DNA of 63,820 nucleotides, filler included, from Octopus bimaculoides (Eukaryota): NCBI RefSeq assembly GCF_001194135.2. It is 5 parts of 5 records of this genome, joined end to end, with 100 filler letters (N's around TTAATTAATTAA, not from the genome) between each part and the next. Parts side by side here need not be neighbours in the genome. Positions count along the whole stretch, not along the records: positions 1 to 26,881 come from NC_068989.1; 4 more parts are not named here. One strand, 5' to 3'. Shown piece by piece: positions 12,591 to 25,069 of this stretch (position 1 is its first letter; each line of letters starts with the position of its first letter). The notes under the pieces were generated by a model. It saw only the letters and a program-made list of their open reading frames with translations, ran no database searches and was not told where the DNA came from. The position numbers and the translations under genes were made by a program.

Positions 12591-14438
12591 GATTTCTTTT
12601 ATTAAGCACAAGGCCTCTAATAAAGATGGGAGAATAAGACAGACAAAACAATACAGAGGGGTACACAAAACATATAACGGATGAAATTAGGAATAAATGA
12701 TGAGACGAAATGGCTTACCTGCCCCCCAAGCAGGCAGTACCATTTTACTGTTTATGTATCACACTGTTCATTATTCTTTTTTTCCATCATTTTTTTAAAA
12801 AAGTCCTTATTTTAAAATTTTAAATATCTCGCTTACTTTCCTTTATATTAGATATTCCATTATGTCCTCAAATGCCATCAGCAGTGGCAACTCATTGAAT
12901 CGAAACTGTAACGGTGATATTTCCCCGAACAGTTCCTTCAACCTTTCACCTCTCTCTCTTACAAGCAAGACCGCTTTAAATCCTTCATTGCACGGTTTAG
13001 GTGCTAACTTCAACCTAATTACGTTTTTCATTTTCGTGATCTTTTTTTCAATTTCTACATTTTTCTGTATTGTATCATAGTTCTTAATTGTTTTCTCTTC
13101 AGTGTTACTTTCTGATTTCCATCACTAATCTCTTCTGCTGTTGCTGGAGTTTCCATCTCCCTTCTCTACTTGTCTCTCGCTCTTCTATCTTCTTCTTTTT
13201 CCCTGTCCTTTTACTTTTTCTTTCGTCCTAATTGCTGGTATCGCTCTCTGTTTTCTCTCTTAGTCTGTCTCGATTAATTTTGCCGACATCTCGTTTCTTT
13301 TCTGCTCGTTCGCTTTTCCTCCTTTTGGTAACCCTTGTCTCTCCTCTACACTTCCTTTTCTTTTCTTTATGGGACTCTTTGGTGATGAGTCCATGTTTTC
13401 TTGCCTTTTCTTCCTCTTCACCACTGTGTATCTTTCTTCCATATTTTCCACTGGCCTCTGATCTTCTATGCCTTGCACGTCTACCTCTTCTTGCTGTTTC
13501 ATCTCCGTCACCTTCTTTTCGTGTTTCTGGGGACACTTAGCTTTCATGTGTCCCCTTACTTCACATTGATAACATACGGGAGGTCTTCCTTCCACTACAA
13601 CTCAGCTTCGTCTCGTCCAGCAACACCAATTCCTATGCAATTTCGTGGAGGTCTGGTAAACTGATGTGAACCGACACCTCAAGGCCGTATTCCCATCGGT
13701 TTACCTCCGTAGTTCTTGTAATTTTCAGTATTTTGGTGTCCTCCTCTGTATTATAGAAGATGGCTGCCACCAGCCATGCCTCGTCAATTTCTGGGGGCAC
13801 TCTACCAATCCTTACTCTGGCCGCAAGTTTGCCACAGTAGGTTGGTAGTAGTACCCACTCAGTTGATCTCAAAGGCACAGTGGAGTGTTTTATCTCTTCT
13901 TGTTCGCTCGTGAAGCGTGCCTCCATTGTGCCGTATTTCTTTCCTCTGGTGTAGTACGTCGTTAGATCTTTGACTTCTCTCAAGCATTCTTCCACTGCTT
14001 CTACTGCTGCTCTTTCAACTCTTTTTGTTGCAATAGACAGCGTTCTGTATATTATTGTCCTTCTCTCTGTCTTTTCAATAACTTTCTTAGGCGGCGTCAG
14101 CCTCAGGCTGTCTCCTTCCTTTCTTAATAGTTCATTGTACTTCTTGAAACTTGTTTCTTCCAGTTGAATTTCTTTAACTTGCAGTATATCTGCTGTTAGA
14201 CTTTTCTCAGTCACTGCAGCGTAACTGCCTGCTGGAACTGGTTGACATTCCATAACAATATTATCCACAACTTCACCCATAAATAGGGAAGAAAAATAGA
14301 AATTCAGGTAGCAATAAATTTAACAATTCAGTAATATAACAATTAGGTGCGGTAGACATTTAACAATTTAACAATAACAAGACTTACATGAAGCGAACAC
14401 ACATCAAATGCAACAGGGAATCAAATGACTCGACACAC
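12591..14438 (-). mobile_element. ORF1-only retroelement, copy 1 (L1/Tx1-like ORF1 pseudogene, 14280 to 12843)
   Basis: MGEVVDN... with RRM-like blocks, VVEGRPPVCYQCEVRGHMKAKCP (CX2CX4HX4C knuckle) and a charged tail. One stop (13633) and a 2-bp deletion. No endonuclease or RT. Ends ...GGCCTTGTGCTTAATAAAAGAAATC. Confidence 0.8.
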
Positions 14439-14450
14439 CACTAACGTCCT

Positions 14451-16323
14451 GATTTCTTTTATTAGGCACAAGGCCTCTATAAAGATGGAACACAAAAACA
14501 GACAAAACAATACAATGGGGTACATAAAAACACATATCGTATGAAATTATGGATACAATGAAAAATGAGGGTGGGATGACTTACCTGCNNNNNNNNNNAT
14601 AAGCAGGCAGTTTCATTTTACTGTTTTTATATGACATTTTACTAACAGTTCAATATCTGTCTTGTGTCTGTTGGTTTTCCCTTTTTTTAAAAAAAAATTA
14701 CACGAAGTCATTAATTATTCAGTTCTTAATTTCTTCACTTACTCTCATTTACGCCAAATACCTCGTTATATTTTCGAATGCCGCCACCGGCGGGAATTCA
14801 TCAAGACGAAACTGTACCGGTGTCACTTGTAACTTTTCACCAAACAATTCCTTTAACCGTTCTCCTCTCTCTCTCTCTTTCCAGCAGAACAGCTTTCAAA
14901 CCTACATTGTTCTCGTTGGGTGACAATTTAACTCTGATTACGTTCTTCATTTTCGCTATCTTTCTTTTCTATCTCTACACTTTCTGTGTATTGTATCATA
15001 TTTCTTAAGTGTTTTCCTTTCGGTATCACTGTCCGTTTTTCTTCACCAATCTCTTCTGCTATTGCTGGTATTTCTATATCTGTATGTCTCTCATTCTTTG
15101 TTGTTATCCTTTCTCTTTCATCTTCCTTTTTTTTCTGTACTTTCTCCTCCTTGCTGGTTGTTGGTAACGGTTCCTCTTTACGCTCTTCGACTTAGTCACT
15201 TACTTTTGTTGGCCTTTCATTTTTTCTCTGCTCGTTCGCTTTCCCTTGTTACACACTCTGCGTCTCCTCTCCACTTCCCTTTCTTTTCTTCCTAGGACTT
15301 TTTGGTGGAAAGTCCGTGTTACACTTTTTCCTCTTCACCACTGTATATTGTTCTTCCATACTTTGCTCCTCTACGGTTGAAACTCCTTCTCTTTGTTGTT
15401 CTTTCTCTATCTCCTTCTTCGTGTTCCTGGGGTCACTTAGCTTTCATGTGTCCCCGTACTCCACATTGAAAGCAAATAGGAGGTCTTCCCTCCACTACAG
15501 CTCTCAGCTTCGTCTCATTCGGCAACATCAATTCATCAGCAGTTTTGTAGAGGTCTGGCAAACCGATGTGAACCGACACGTCGATGCCGCATCCCCAACA
15601 GTTTACCTCCGCGGTTTTTGTGATTTTCAGTATTTTGGCTCCCTCTTCTGTATTTTAGAAGATGGCTTCCACCAGCCACGCCTCGTCAATTTCTGGGGAC
15701 ACTCTACCAATCCCAACTCCGGCCACACGTCTGCCACAGTAGATTGGTAGTAGTACCCCCTCAGTTGATCTCAAAGGCACAGTGGAGTGTTTTATCGCTT
15801 CTTGTTCACTCGCGAAGCGTACCTCCACTGTGCCATATTTCTTTCCTCTGGTGTAGTAGGTCGTTAGCCATTTGATCTGTTTCAAGCATTCCTCGACTGT
15901 CTCTACTGCAGCCGCTTCCACTCTTTTTGTAGCAAGGGACAGCGTTCTGTATATTACAGTCCTCTTTTCAGTTTTTTGCAATAATTTCCTTAGGCAGCGT
16001 CAGCCTCAGGCGCTCTCATTCCTTTCTTAACAATTCGTTGTACTTCTTGAAATTCGTGTCGTTCAGGCGAATTTCTCTCACTTGCAGGACATCTGCGGTT
16101 AGACTTTTCCCAGTTACTGCAGCGTAACGGCCTGCTGGAACTGGTTGACTTTCCATAATGTCGTTATTCACAACTTCACCCATAAATGGGGAAGAAAAAG
16201 AATAATTCACAGGTAATAAATTTAATAATTCAGTAATATAACAATTAGGTGCGGTAGACCTTAAAAAATTCAACAAGAAGCGAACACATCAAATGCAACA
16301 GGGAATCAAATGACTCGACACAG
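14451..16323 (-). mobile_element. ORF1-only retroelement, copy 2
   Basis: Homologous ORF (MGEVVNND..., VVEGRPPICFQCGVRGHMKAKCP) with different disabling lesions near 16016 and 15655. Same 5' end (GTCGAGTCATTTGATTCCCTGTTGCATTTGATG) and same 3' end as copy 1. Confidence 0.8.
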
Positions 16324-16619
16324 CACTAACGTCCTCTCAACGATTAACTGGAGATGATTTTTTTAAATGAGAATATCTTAAATAAACTCGACTGCTCTCA
16401 CAAACGAAAATTCTAAAAATGAACCCGACCGCTCTCAAAAATTAAGTAAAAAAAAACGGGAAAATAATCTAGAATCTTTGTCGGCACCGGATCAATCCCC
16501 AAATCTAATCAGTTCGTGCCAGTCACGAGGCCAACCATCCCTGAAAGTTTCCTCCGAATCCATCCAGCGGTTCTTGAGATATCTTGTCTTCAAACAAACA
16601 AACACGACTGAAAACAGTG

Positions 16620-16975
16620 AACCCCTGTACTCTTGTTGTGTACTCCCGCATCCCTGTAATGTACTCCTGTAACCTTGCACTCATGTACTTTTGTAGTGTA
16701 CTTCTATAATCTTGATGCATACCCATGTAATCCTGCAGTATCCTTGCATTTATGTATTAGAGTCTTGTAATCATGTTATATATTCCTGTAGTCCTGTAAT
16801 CTTGTCATGTCCTGTTGTATTCCTACAGTGTACTCCTGTAATCATGAAACATATTCTTGTACTCCTGTAGTGTCCTCCTCTAATCCTGTAGTGTACTCCT
16901 GTAATGTAGTGCCGTTGTGCACTCTTGCAGGGTATTCCTGTAGTGTACTCTTGTAGCGTACTCCTGCAACCCGGC
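16620..16975. repeat. Degenerate minisatellite built on GTACTCCTGTA-like words
   Basis: Repeated TCCTGTA/TACTC motifs are seen directly. Confidence 0.65.
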
Positions 16976-17309
16976 TGCTGAAAGGTTTGGAAAAGTGACA
17001 CGTTTGAATAATGGCAGTCCCGTTAAAGATTTCTTACCAATAGAGAAAGAACCGGTTTCTAATCGAGATCCAAGGTTCCTTCATTGGAATTTCAACATCA
17101 ATAACAGGGTATTTTTGTTTGTATGTATGTATGTATGTATGTATGTATGTATGTATGTATGTGTGTATGTATGTGCAGATTTGCTTGTTTTATGTATGTA
17201 TTCTCATGCATATAGTTACATACGTAGAGATGCTCATATATATTTAAATGATAAACTTCTGGAAAGTTTTACAGATTTTTACAGTTCCAGTGATGGATTG
17301 GATCTGAAG

Positions 17310-18230
17310 TCTTCAAATTAGCCTTCTCCTTTCTGGCTTTGAGAAGCCTTATTTCTCAAGATTGGTATCCCAGGGCCCTAATATTTACAGGTATAAACCT
17401 GAACTTGTAATATGGATAGAGTAACTGCAGGTTTCTCAATAGTCCTGCACAGGTGTTCTCTTTTTCACTGATCTTCAGTTTTATGTTAACATCCACTGGG
17501 CAGCTAATTTTCACAACTCTGCACAATTTCTCTTCTCAATCCCAAATCACTATATCAGGTTTGTTGCGCTTACATTTTATTGAGGTCTTCACTGATACAT
17601 TCCACCAGAATTCCTTTTTATTATGAGTGGCTATGGCTTCTACCATATTATCAGTGGCTATGGCTTCTACCTTATTTCTTTGTTCTCGGGATTATCCTTC
17701 CGACGTATTTCATTATAGAGTGTTCTAGCTACAACGTCATGCCTCATCGGTACATAATACCTTGATGAGATTTTCGGATAACTGCTTATGATGTGGCTGA
17801 TACCTTCAGTGTGAACTCCACAAAGTCTGCATCGGTTGTCATATTTTATGGCTTTTCCCACATCTGTATCCCTTTTGTGCACCAGGTACTTGGTTGACAT
17901 TTCCTATTCGTGGATTGCAAAGGCATGCCCTTCAAAGTAAGAGGTAGTAATCCGGCTATTCGTCCATGATAAACTGCTTTGATGATCGATGTTACTATCG
18001 CCACAGAGCTTTCTACTAATATATCCATGCATATAGTCTTCTGCTCATATATTCTCATCCTTTCGTCTGATGATACGTTATAGTAAAGTCGTGCAACTTC
18101 TTTGGACATGTATTCTAGGTTATCGGACAAAGAGTTTTGCTGCTCAAGGAGCTGCCTTCCAAGTCTTATGATGTTATCAGCCTCATGCATGCAAACTTGG
18201 TCAAGAGATGCACTTAGACGCTTGCTGGTT
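17310..18230 (-). mobile_element. RLE-type non-LTR retrotransposon fragment (family 2)
   Basis: STKYLVHKRD...CRLCGVHTEGISHIISS...SRYYVPMRHDVVARTLYNEIR...NKPDIVIWD...KISCPVDVNIKLKISEKE. Confidence 0.8.
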
Positions 18231-18456
18231 AAAAGATATTGCTATATGTATATATACGCAGATAGATACACACACATGCATATACACACAGACACATATG
18301 TATGTATATATGTATGTAAACATACGCATACATATATACATTGATTTATCAGACAAAGATGTGCATTCCTACATATACACATAAATGTATATATACGCAA
18401 ATAGCTAGATGTATACACACACATGTACATACACATAGACGTACATACATGCGTAC

Positions 18457-18487
<31 letters not shown>

Positions 18488-19394
18488 CGCTCACGCACAC
18501 ACATATGTATATACATATATACATATATATATATGTGTGTGTGTGTATATATATATAAATATATATGTATGTATATACACACATGTACATATACATACAT
18601 GTAGGAATGTTAATTCGCACACTCAGGCATACAATATGCTGACAACACTAGTTTTCTATAGTACATCATGTGGGCACAGTGTATATTTAATTACAAAACC
18701 AACCAAAACACTAACTGGAAATGCTATAAAACTTATAATAGACATATCAGAGAATTTGTGGTATCAGAGGCACGAAAACTGAATNNNNNNNNNNNNNNNN
18801 NNNNNNNNNNNNNNNNNNNNNNNNNNNNNNNNNNNNNNNNNNNNNNNNNNNNNNNNNNNNNNNNNNNNNNNNNNNNNNNNNNNNNNNNNNNNNNNNNNNN
18901 NNNNNNNNNNNNNNNNNNNNNNNNNNNNNNNNNNNNNNNNNNNNNNNNNNNNNNNNNNNNNNNNNNNNNNNNNNNNNNNNNNNNNNNNNNNNNNNNNNNN
19001 NNNNNNNNNNNNNNNNNNNNNNNNNNNNNNNNNNNNNNNNNNNNNNNNNNNNNNNNNNNNNNNNNNNNNNNNNNNNNNNNNNNNNNNNNNNNNNNNNNNN
19101 NNNNNNNNNNNNNNNNNNNNNNNNNNNNNNNNNNNNNNNNNNNNNNNNNNNNNNNNNNNNNNNNNNNNNNNNNNNNNNNNNNNNNNNNNNNNNNNNNNNN
19201 NNNNNNNNNNNNNNNNNNNNNNNNNNNNNNNNNNNNNNNNNNNNNNNNNNNNNNNNNNNNNNNNNNNNNNNNNNNNNNNNNNNNNNNNNNNNNNNNNNNN
19301 NNNNNNNNNNNNNNNNNNNNNNNNNNNNNNNNNNNNNATTTTCCGTCATGAAAAAGTACAAAAAACTGCCAGCTGGAGGAGGGAGTGATTGTTG

Positions 19395-19500
19395 GGGGTT
19401 GGCGAGAGAGGTTTTCAGAGGTTGGCGAGAAAGATTGTCGGAGGTTGGTGAGAGAGGTTGTCGGAGGTTGGTGAGAGAGCTTGTTGGAGGTTGGCGAGAG
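19395..19500. repeat. ~21-bp tandem repeat (GGAGGTTGGTGAGAGAGGTTGTC-like), about 5 copies
   Basis: Seen directly. Confidence 0.7.
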
Positions 19501-19919
19501 GCAAAGACATTATTCTGCCTAGCGAAGGCATCTGGGAAGTGTATAACTGCTGTCATTCACAGAAAAACTATTGTTTTACTGTGAGAAAAGCGCCGTTGAA
19601 GTGTTAAGTGAAATTTGGCAATCGAGGATCAAATCCACGTTATGCCTGCATGAAGCCATTACAAATACGTTGTGGAATAAAAAATTTATCTACTGTCATG
19701 GAAAAAATGTAACTGTAAAAATGCAGAATTATCGGAGTGATGGGCATTCAAAAAAGTATGTATGTATAGAAATGTATGAATGAAGTTTTTAATGTTTAAG
19801 ATTCAAATTAAGGAAGTACAATAACAATGTTTAGAAGTTCAAAACTGAGTAGTGAAATGCAGAATTAGGTCGGCTGATCGTGAGAATTAAAAAGTGATCG
19901 CTTCGCTAAAATCTGCAGG

Positions 19920-20372
19920 TGATATGGGTTATTTCCCTTGGGTTATTTAAATAAAATATTAGTTATATGTAGTAGATAGAAGGATCCATTGGAAGGGCCC
20001 TATTATCGATTTTTTCAACAATCTAAGTATGTCACGAGATTTCCAGACATGAGTTCTACTCACGTGTCAAATGAAGTATAAAAATGATATTGTCTGCAAA
20101 AATTAGAAAGAGGACACACAAAAAAATCAATATTCAAAGTAATCGAACATAAACAATGAAATGGGTTATTCTCCTTGAGTGTTCAAAAAAAATGTATTGA
20201 ACAGATGCTATGGCTTATTTCCCTTGGGTGTTTAAAAAATATAATTGTTATATGAGGTAGATATAACGGGGCCGTATTATCGATTGTTTTCAATAATCCA
20301 AGTATGTCACGAGGTTTCCAGACATGAGTTCTACTCACGTGTCAAGTTTCATCAAAATCAATAAAATGATAT
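19920..20372. repeat. Diverged tandem duplication, period ~286 bp
   Basis: TTATTTCCCTTGGG...AAGTATGTCACGAG.TTTCCAGACATGAGTTCTACTCACGTGTCAA occurs at 19929 and again at 20215. Confidence 0.85.
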
Positions 20373-20647
20373 AGGAAGAGTTAGCTAACAACGCCACAAA
20401 CAAACACACACCAATTTTCCACATGGTGTGATATACGTGTAGATATAAATATAAATATAAACATATATGTATGCATGTATGTATGTATGTATGTATGTAT
20501 GTATGTATGTATGTGTATGTATGTGTATGTATGTATGTATGTATGTACGTACGTATGTATGTATGTATGTATGTATGTATGTGTGTGTATGTATGTAGTT
20601 ATGTATGTGATTGTGTATACATGTATATACAAATGCATGTATATGCA

Positions 20648-20815
20648 CAGGCGTAGCTGCACGGTGAAACGTTTGCTTCTCAACCGCTTGGTTTTGGGTT
20701 CAATCCTACTGCATAGCATCTTGGGCAAGTGTCTTCTACTATAGCTTCGAGCCGACCAAAGCCTTGTGAGTGGATTTGATAGACGAAAACTGAAAAAATC
20801 CTGTCGTATATGTGT
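20648..20815 (+). mobile_element. tRNA-type SINE family B, 5' part
   Basis: GGGTTCAATCC (B-box-like), CTTGGGCAAGTG (CORE-like motif) and AAAGCCTTGTGAGTGGATTTG. Confidence 0.8.
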
Positions 20816-21180
20816 GTGTGTGTGTGTGCATGCATGCGTGCATGTCTGTGTGCGTATGTGCGCGCAGAAATACATCATTAAACCGTCCATCTTGTGATAC
20901 ACGAGACATATTTTCCTGGCGTTCATGCGTCATATATGATGCATCAATTTTTACCAAATTTTCCCAGCCACTGGAGTAACTTGGGACTTAAGAAAGGAAA
21001 GCTTTATATTACTTAGAATGTCTGAAACAAAAGGCTAATTAAAATCTGAAAAGAAGCAGGGAACTTTAGGACAAGCTTATGTAAATACTTGGACAAGCAA
21101 AAAAGTTAAAGAATTTTTTTGATATAGTATTAAGGTTGGTCTTGGGAAAGGAGGTGATATCAAAAGGGTTACCAAAATAC

Positions 21181-21265
<85 letters not shown>

Positions 21266-21269
21266 ATTA

Positions 21270-21337
<68 letters not shown>

Positions 21338-22280
21338 GATTTTTGTTCTGACCAGGACCCAGACAATACAATTGTATCTTAAGCAGGATGGACATTCATA
21401 CAATTTTCCAAAGGTATAGAGTGCGGCAGAAAAACCTCCCATCGGTATGATGTTTGTGCAATTAGGCAAGTGGTATCTTCATGTTACTGCTTTACCAGAG
21501 TTTTTTTTTATCCAGTTATCATGATGATTTGAGACTGCGTTTGTTTTTGAAGGGTTCATTAAGCTGTAAAATGTGGGAGTTTGTTTTTGCCGCATCCTGC
21601 ATCAGTTTCGTCACACAAGGAAACAGTATCGGCTTGCTGAGATCGTGAGCTTATTTCTGCCTCATCCTCTGCAGTGTTCATATAATACACCAATATTAAA
21701 TAAAATGGAGGGACTCGGTAGAGCAATAGACAAAATGTAATGCCGTATTTGCTCATGGTGCTTAATATTATAAGACTAAACTCCCACCGAATGAACTCTT
21801 CTTCTCAACTACATATAACATAAGTACCAGTCATATACTGAGGTACATTCAATCCACAATTTGTTCTCATGTTTCTTATAAGGTATTAGGGATATAGGTG
21901 AGGTTAAATGACTTAAAACTGCAATCGGAATTTCGCAGGATGCTAACCTCCATTCTGTAGCACTTAACTACATGATTAAGTAGAGACTTTACAAAAGACA
22001 GCTAGATGGTAGACAGGCAAACAGATTGATGAAGGGTTGGACAGTGAGTGGGGATTTAGAGTTTGATATTTAAATATGACATAGCAAGTGTAGGATGATG
22101 CTTCGAGAGTTCTATTGGAGTGAAACGGCAACTCCTGAAGATTACATGACGTTAGTAGTAGTAGAATCAGTAGAAGAGGGAAAGGGAAATCTGGTGGCAC
22201 ATACCAATCTGTAAGATATGGCTGAAATTATTTATAAAAAGAAAGAGGAGGGCGAGAATGACTTAAATGTACCATAAATA

Positions 22281-22333
22281 GCATGATACCATGAAATACC
22301 ATGAAATACCATGAAATACCATGAAATACCATT
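22281..22333. repeat. 10-bp tandem repeat ATGAAATACC, 4-5 copies
   Basis: Seen directly. Confidence 0.9.
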
Positions 22334-22444
22334 ACACCACACCATAACATATCATAGGCCTTAATACACAATATGGTTAACCCATGGCAACTAACTGTAT
22401 GATATATCATTACAATTCGTAACTACAGAGTAAGTATTTTTCTG

Positions 22445-22700
22445 CTGTGGTTCTCAACTGGAGTCCACATGGCTGTTAGGGGTCCATATAAGATTCTGTT
22501 TTAAAAATTTATTTGCAATAAATTGGTTATATTTCTACAATAAACAAAATATTTTAACATTTTTTAAAAAGACAATTCCTAATAATATTTAATTATAAAA
22601 ATATAACAGGATTTTTATATATGGAATAGCTTATGCGGGTGCATCCAAGTAAAATAGGAATCATAGGGGTCCATAGGTAAAAAATGGTTGAGAAACACTG
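22445..22700. mobile_element. hAT-type MITE
   Basis: TIRs CTGTGGTTCTCAAC / GTTGAGAAACACTG with a degenerate 8-bp TSD (TTTTTCTG / CTTTGCTG). Confidence 0.7.
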
Positions 22701-23668
22701 CTTTGCTGTAACAAAAAGCGAAATAGATAGTCCCTATAACTAAATAATGATTCGTTAGAAATACTCAAAAGTCTTTCAAATATGAATTTGAAGCAGGTCA
22801 ATGTAGATCAACAAAGAGGAACACACATACACAAGGCGTGTGTGTTGTTAGTTCGTGAGTCGGCTGTTTATATACTACTAATTCATATCTAATTGCTTCC
22901 ATTGGCATGAAACGTTGGGACATACCAGCAGATAGTGTTTAAACCATTTTGCATATGATCATAGTCGGCGAGATGGCTTGCAGCGGGCCTAGTTCGGTAT
23001 GCGGTATTGATAAGTCACAAGAATGACGAAACATCGATGTCTGTCGCTTGACTATGACTTATTTTCAGGTGTTTTTACACCAGGCGCATAGAGAATATAT
23101 TCTCGTGCACCTAAAAACCGCAGCCGATCCACACGATTAAAAAAAGAAGTCTTTATTTAGAATGAAAAACATCTATCAGTCACAATATGTGCTGTGTGGG
23201 GACTGGCATGTCAAAGAATAAAGCCAATGTTTCCTCTGCGTGTCGTAAAAGGTGACTAAAATAGGTTGAAATAGGATTTGCACTTCGGCCTCATAAAACC
23301 CTCACCAGCAACAACTGTCCAACCAGACCTATGAATTGAAAAGTTGTTGACTGAGTGGTGCAAAGGTGACCTCTGCTCAGAGTAGGATATCACCAAAAAA
23401 TGGAGGATGCAGCGATGCGCTGTTATAGCCAATGCCTCCATGCTTCGATAAATATTGATCACAATAGTATTTTTTAAATGTTTCGAAACAATAAACTTTA
23501 TTAGAATTAAATAGGAGTAAGACGTTACGTTTTCAATGTGTATCAACATGTCTGATGTTGCACAATTATACAAATCATTATGTACATACATATTTACATG
23601 CTGTGCATTTATATATGTATTTATGTATGTACCTTTGTATGTATGTATGTATGTATGTATGTATACAT

Positions 23669-24090
23669 ACTCTTTTACTGTTTTACTCTTTTACTTGTTT
23701 CAGTCTCTTGACTGTGGCCATGCTGGAGCACCGCCTTTAGTCGAGCAAATCGACCCCAGAACTTATTCTTTGGAAGCCTAGTACTTATTCTATCGGTCTT
23801 TTTTGCCGAACCGCTAAGTTACGGGGACGTAAACACACCACCATCGGTTGTCAAGCGATGTTGGGGGGACAAACGCATACACACAAAAACATACACACAT
23901 ACATACACACATATATATATATATGGTGGGCTTCTTTTCAGTTTCCGACTACCAAATCCACTCACAAGGCTTTGGTGGGCCCGAGGCTATAGTAGAAGAC
24001 ACTTGCCCAAGATGCCACGCAGTGGGACTGAACCCGGAACCATGTGGTTGGTGAGCAAGCTACTTACCACACAGCCACTCCTACACCTGT
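23669..24090 (-). mobile_element. SINE family B, full length
   Basis: tRNA-like head (GGAGTGGCTGTGTGGTAAG...GGGTTCAGTCCC), internal (TG)n and an (AGTAAAAG)n tail. Confidence 0.88.
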
Positions 24091-24117
24091 ACATATGTAT
24101 ATATTATTTAGAATTGC

Positions 24118-24264
24118 TTGATTCGGCTCTATGCGACTTAAAGTTCCGTGGCCCTCTAACAGAAACTTGTCTCTTTCAGGCTTAGATTACCGAAATCTAA
24201 GCCTGAAAGAGACAGGTTTCTGTTAAAAGCCCGCGAAACTTTAAGTTGCGTGGAGCCGAATCAA
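24118..24264. repeat. 147-bp near-perfect palindrome (hairpin MITE)
   Basis: ~71-bp arms with a 5-nt loop at 24189-24193. A third degenerate arm lies at 24782-24815. Confidence 0.85.
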
Positions 24265-24682
24265 ACTATTTTAGATTATACTTGTAACTCCTACTAAATG
24301 TNNNNNNNNNNNNNNNNNNNNNNNNNNNNNNNNNNNNNNNNNNNNNNNNNNNNNNNNNNNNNNNNNNNNNNNNNNNNNNNNNNNNNNNNNNNNNNNNNNN
24401 NNNNNNNNNNNNNNNNNNNNNNNNNNNNNNNNNNNNNNNNNNNNNNNNNNNNNNNNNNNNNNNNNNNNNNNNNNNNNNNNNNNNNNNNNNNNNNNNNNNN
24501 NNNNNNNNNNNNNNNNNNNNNNNNNNNNNNNNNNNNNNNNNNNNNNNNNNNNNNNNNNNNNNNNNNNNNNNNNNNNNNNNNNNNNNNNNNNNNNNNNNNN
24601 NNNNNNNNNNNNNNNNNNNNNNNNNNNNNNNNNNNNNNNNNNNNNNNNNNNNNNNNNNNNNNNNNNNNNNNNNNNNNNNNNN

Positions 24683-24720
<38 letters not shown>

Positions 24721-25069
24721 ACAAGCGAGTGGGCAAGCAAAAGAAAGTGGCAGAATTTACATATATTTTTTTTATAACAGTTTGACTCAGTTCCACATAA
24801 CTTAAAGTTTCGTGGTGCGTAGAACGAACCCAGCACATCTCATCAGAAATCGGAAAACTATTCTTCCGACTATTTGGGTTCGTCCTATCGGCCTGTGAAT
24901 CTTTAAATCATATGGAGGTAAGTCGAGCTGTTACATACATACATACATACAAACATACATACATGCATACATATGCATCAAGTAATTTACTCTTCCTTTT
25001 AATGAAAATTTCATTATGGCGATTTTTCGTACATTATACCAATGGAACAGTTTAATAAACTATTTTGCT

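Larger units (their letters stand above)
12538..16616 (+). mobile_element. Host repeat (Helentron/HINE-like non-autonomous element) split into 12538-12590 and 16324-16616
   Basis: The halves are joined by the repeated 12-mer CACTAACGTCCT. The right half contains AAGTTTCCTCCGAATCCATCCAGCGGTTCTTGAG and (AAAC)n, reminiscent of Helitron/HINE-type small repeats. Classification is from recall only. Confidence 0.5.

Noticed and set aside
12714-12740. CTTACCTGCC resembling the U1 snRNA 5' end or a splice donor in the 3' UTR of both ORF1-only elements
   Set aside because: The match is too short and no further U1 similarity follows. Only a small CCTGC/GCAGG hairpin is supported.
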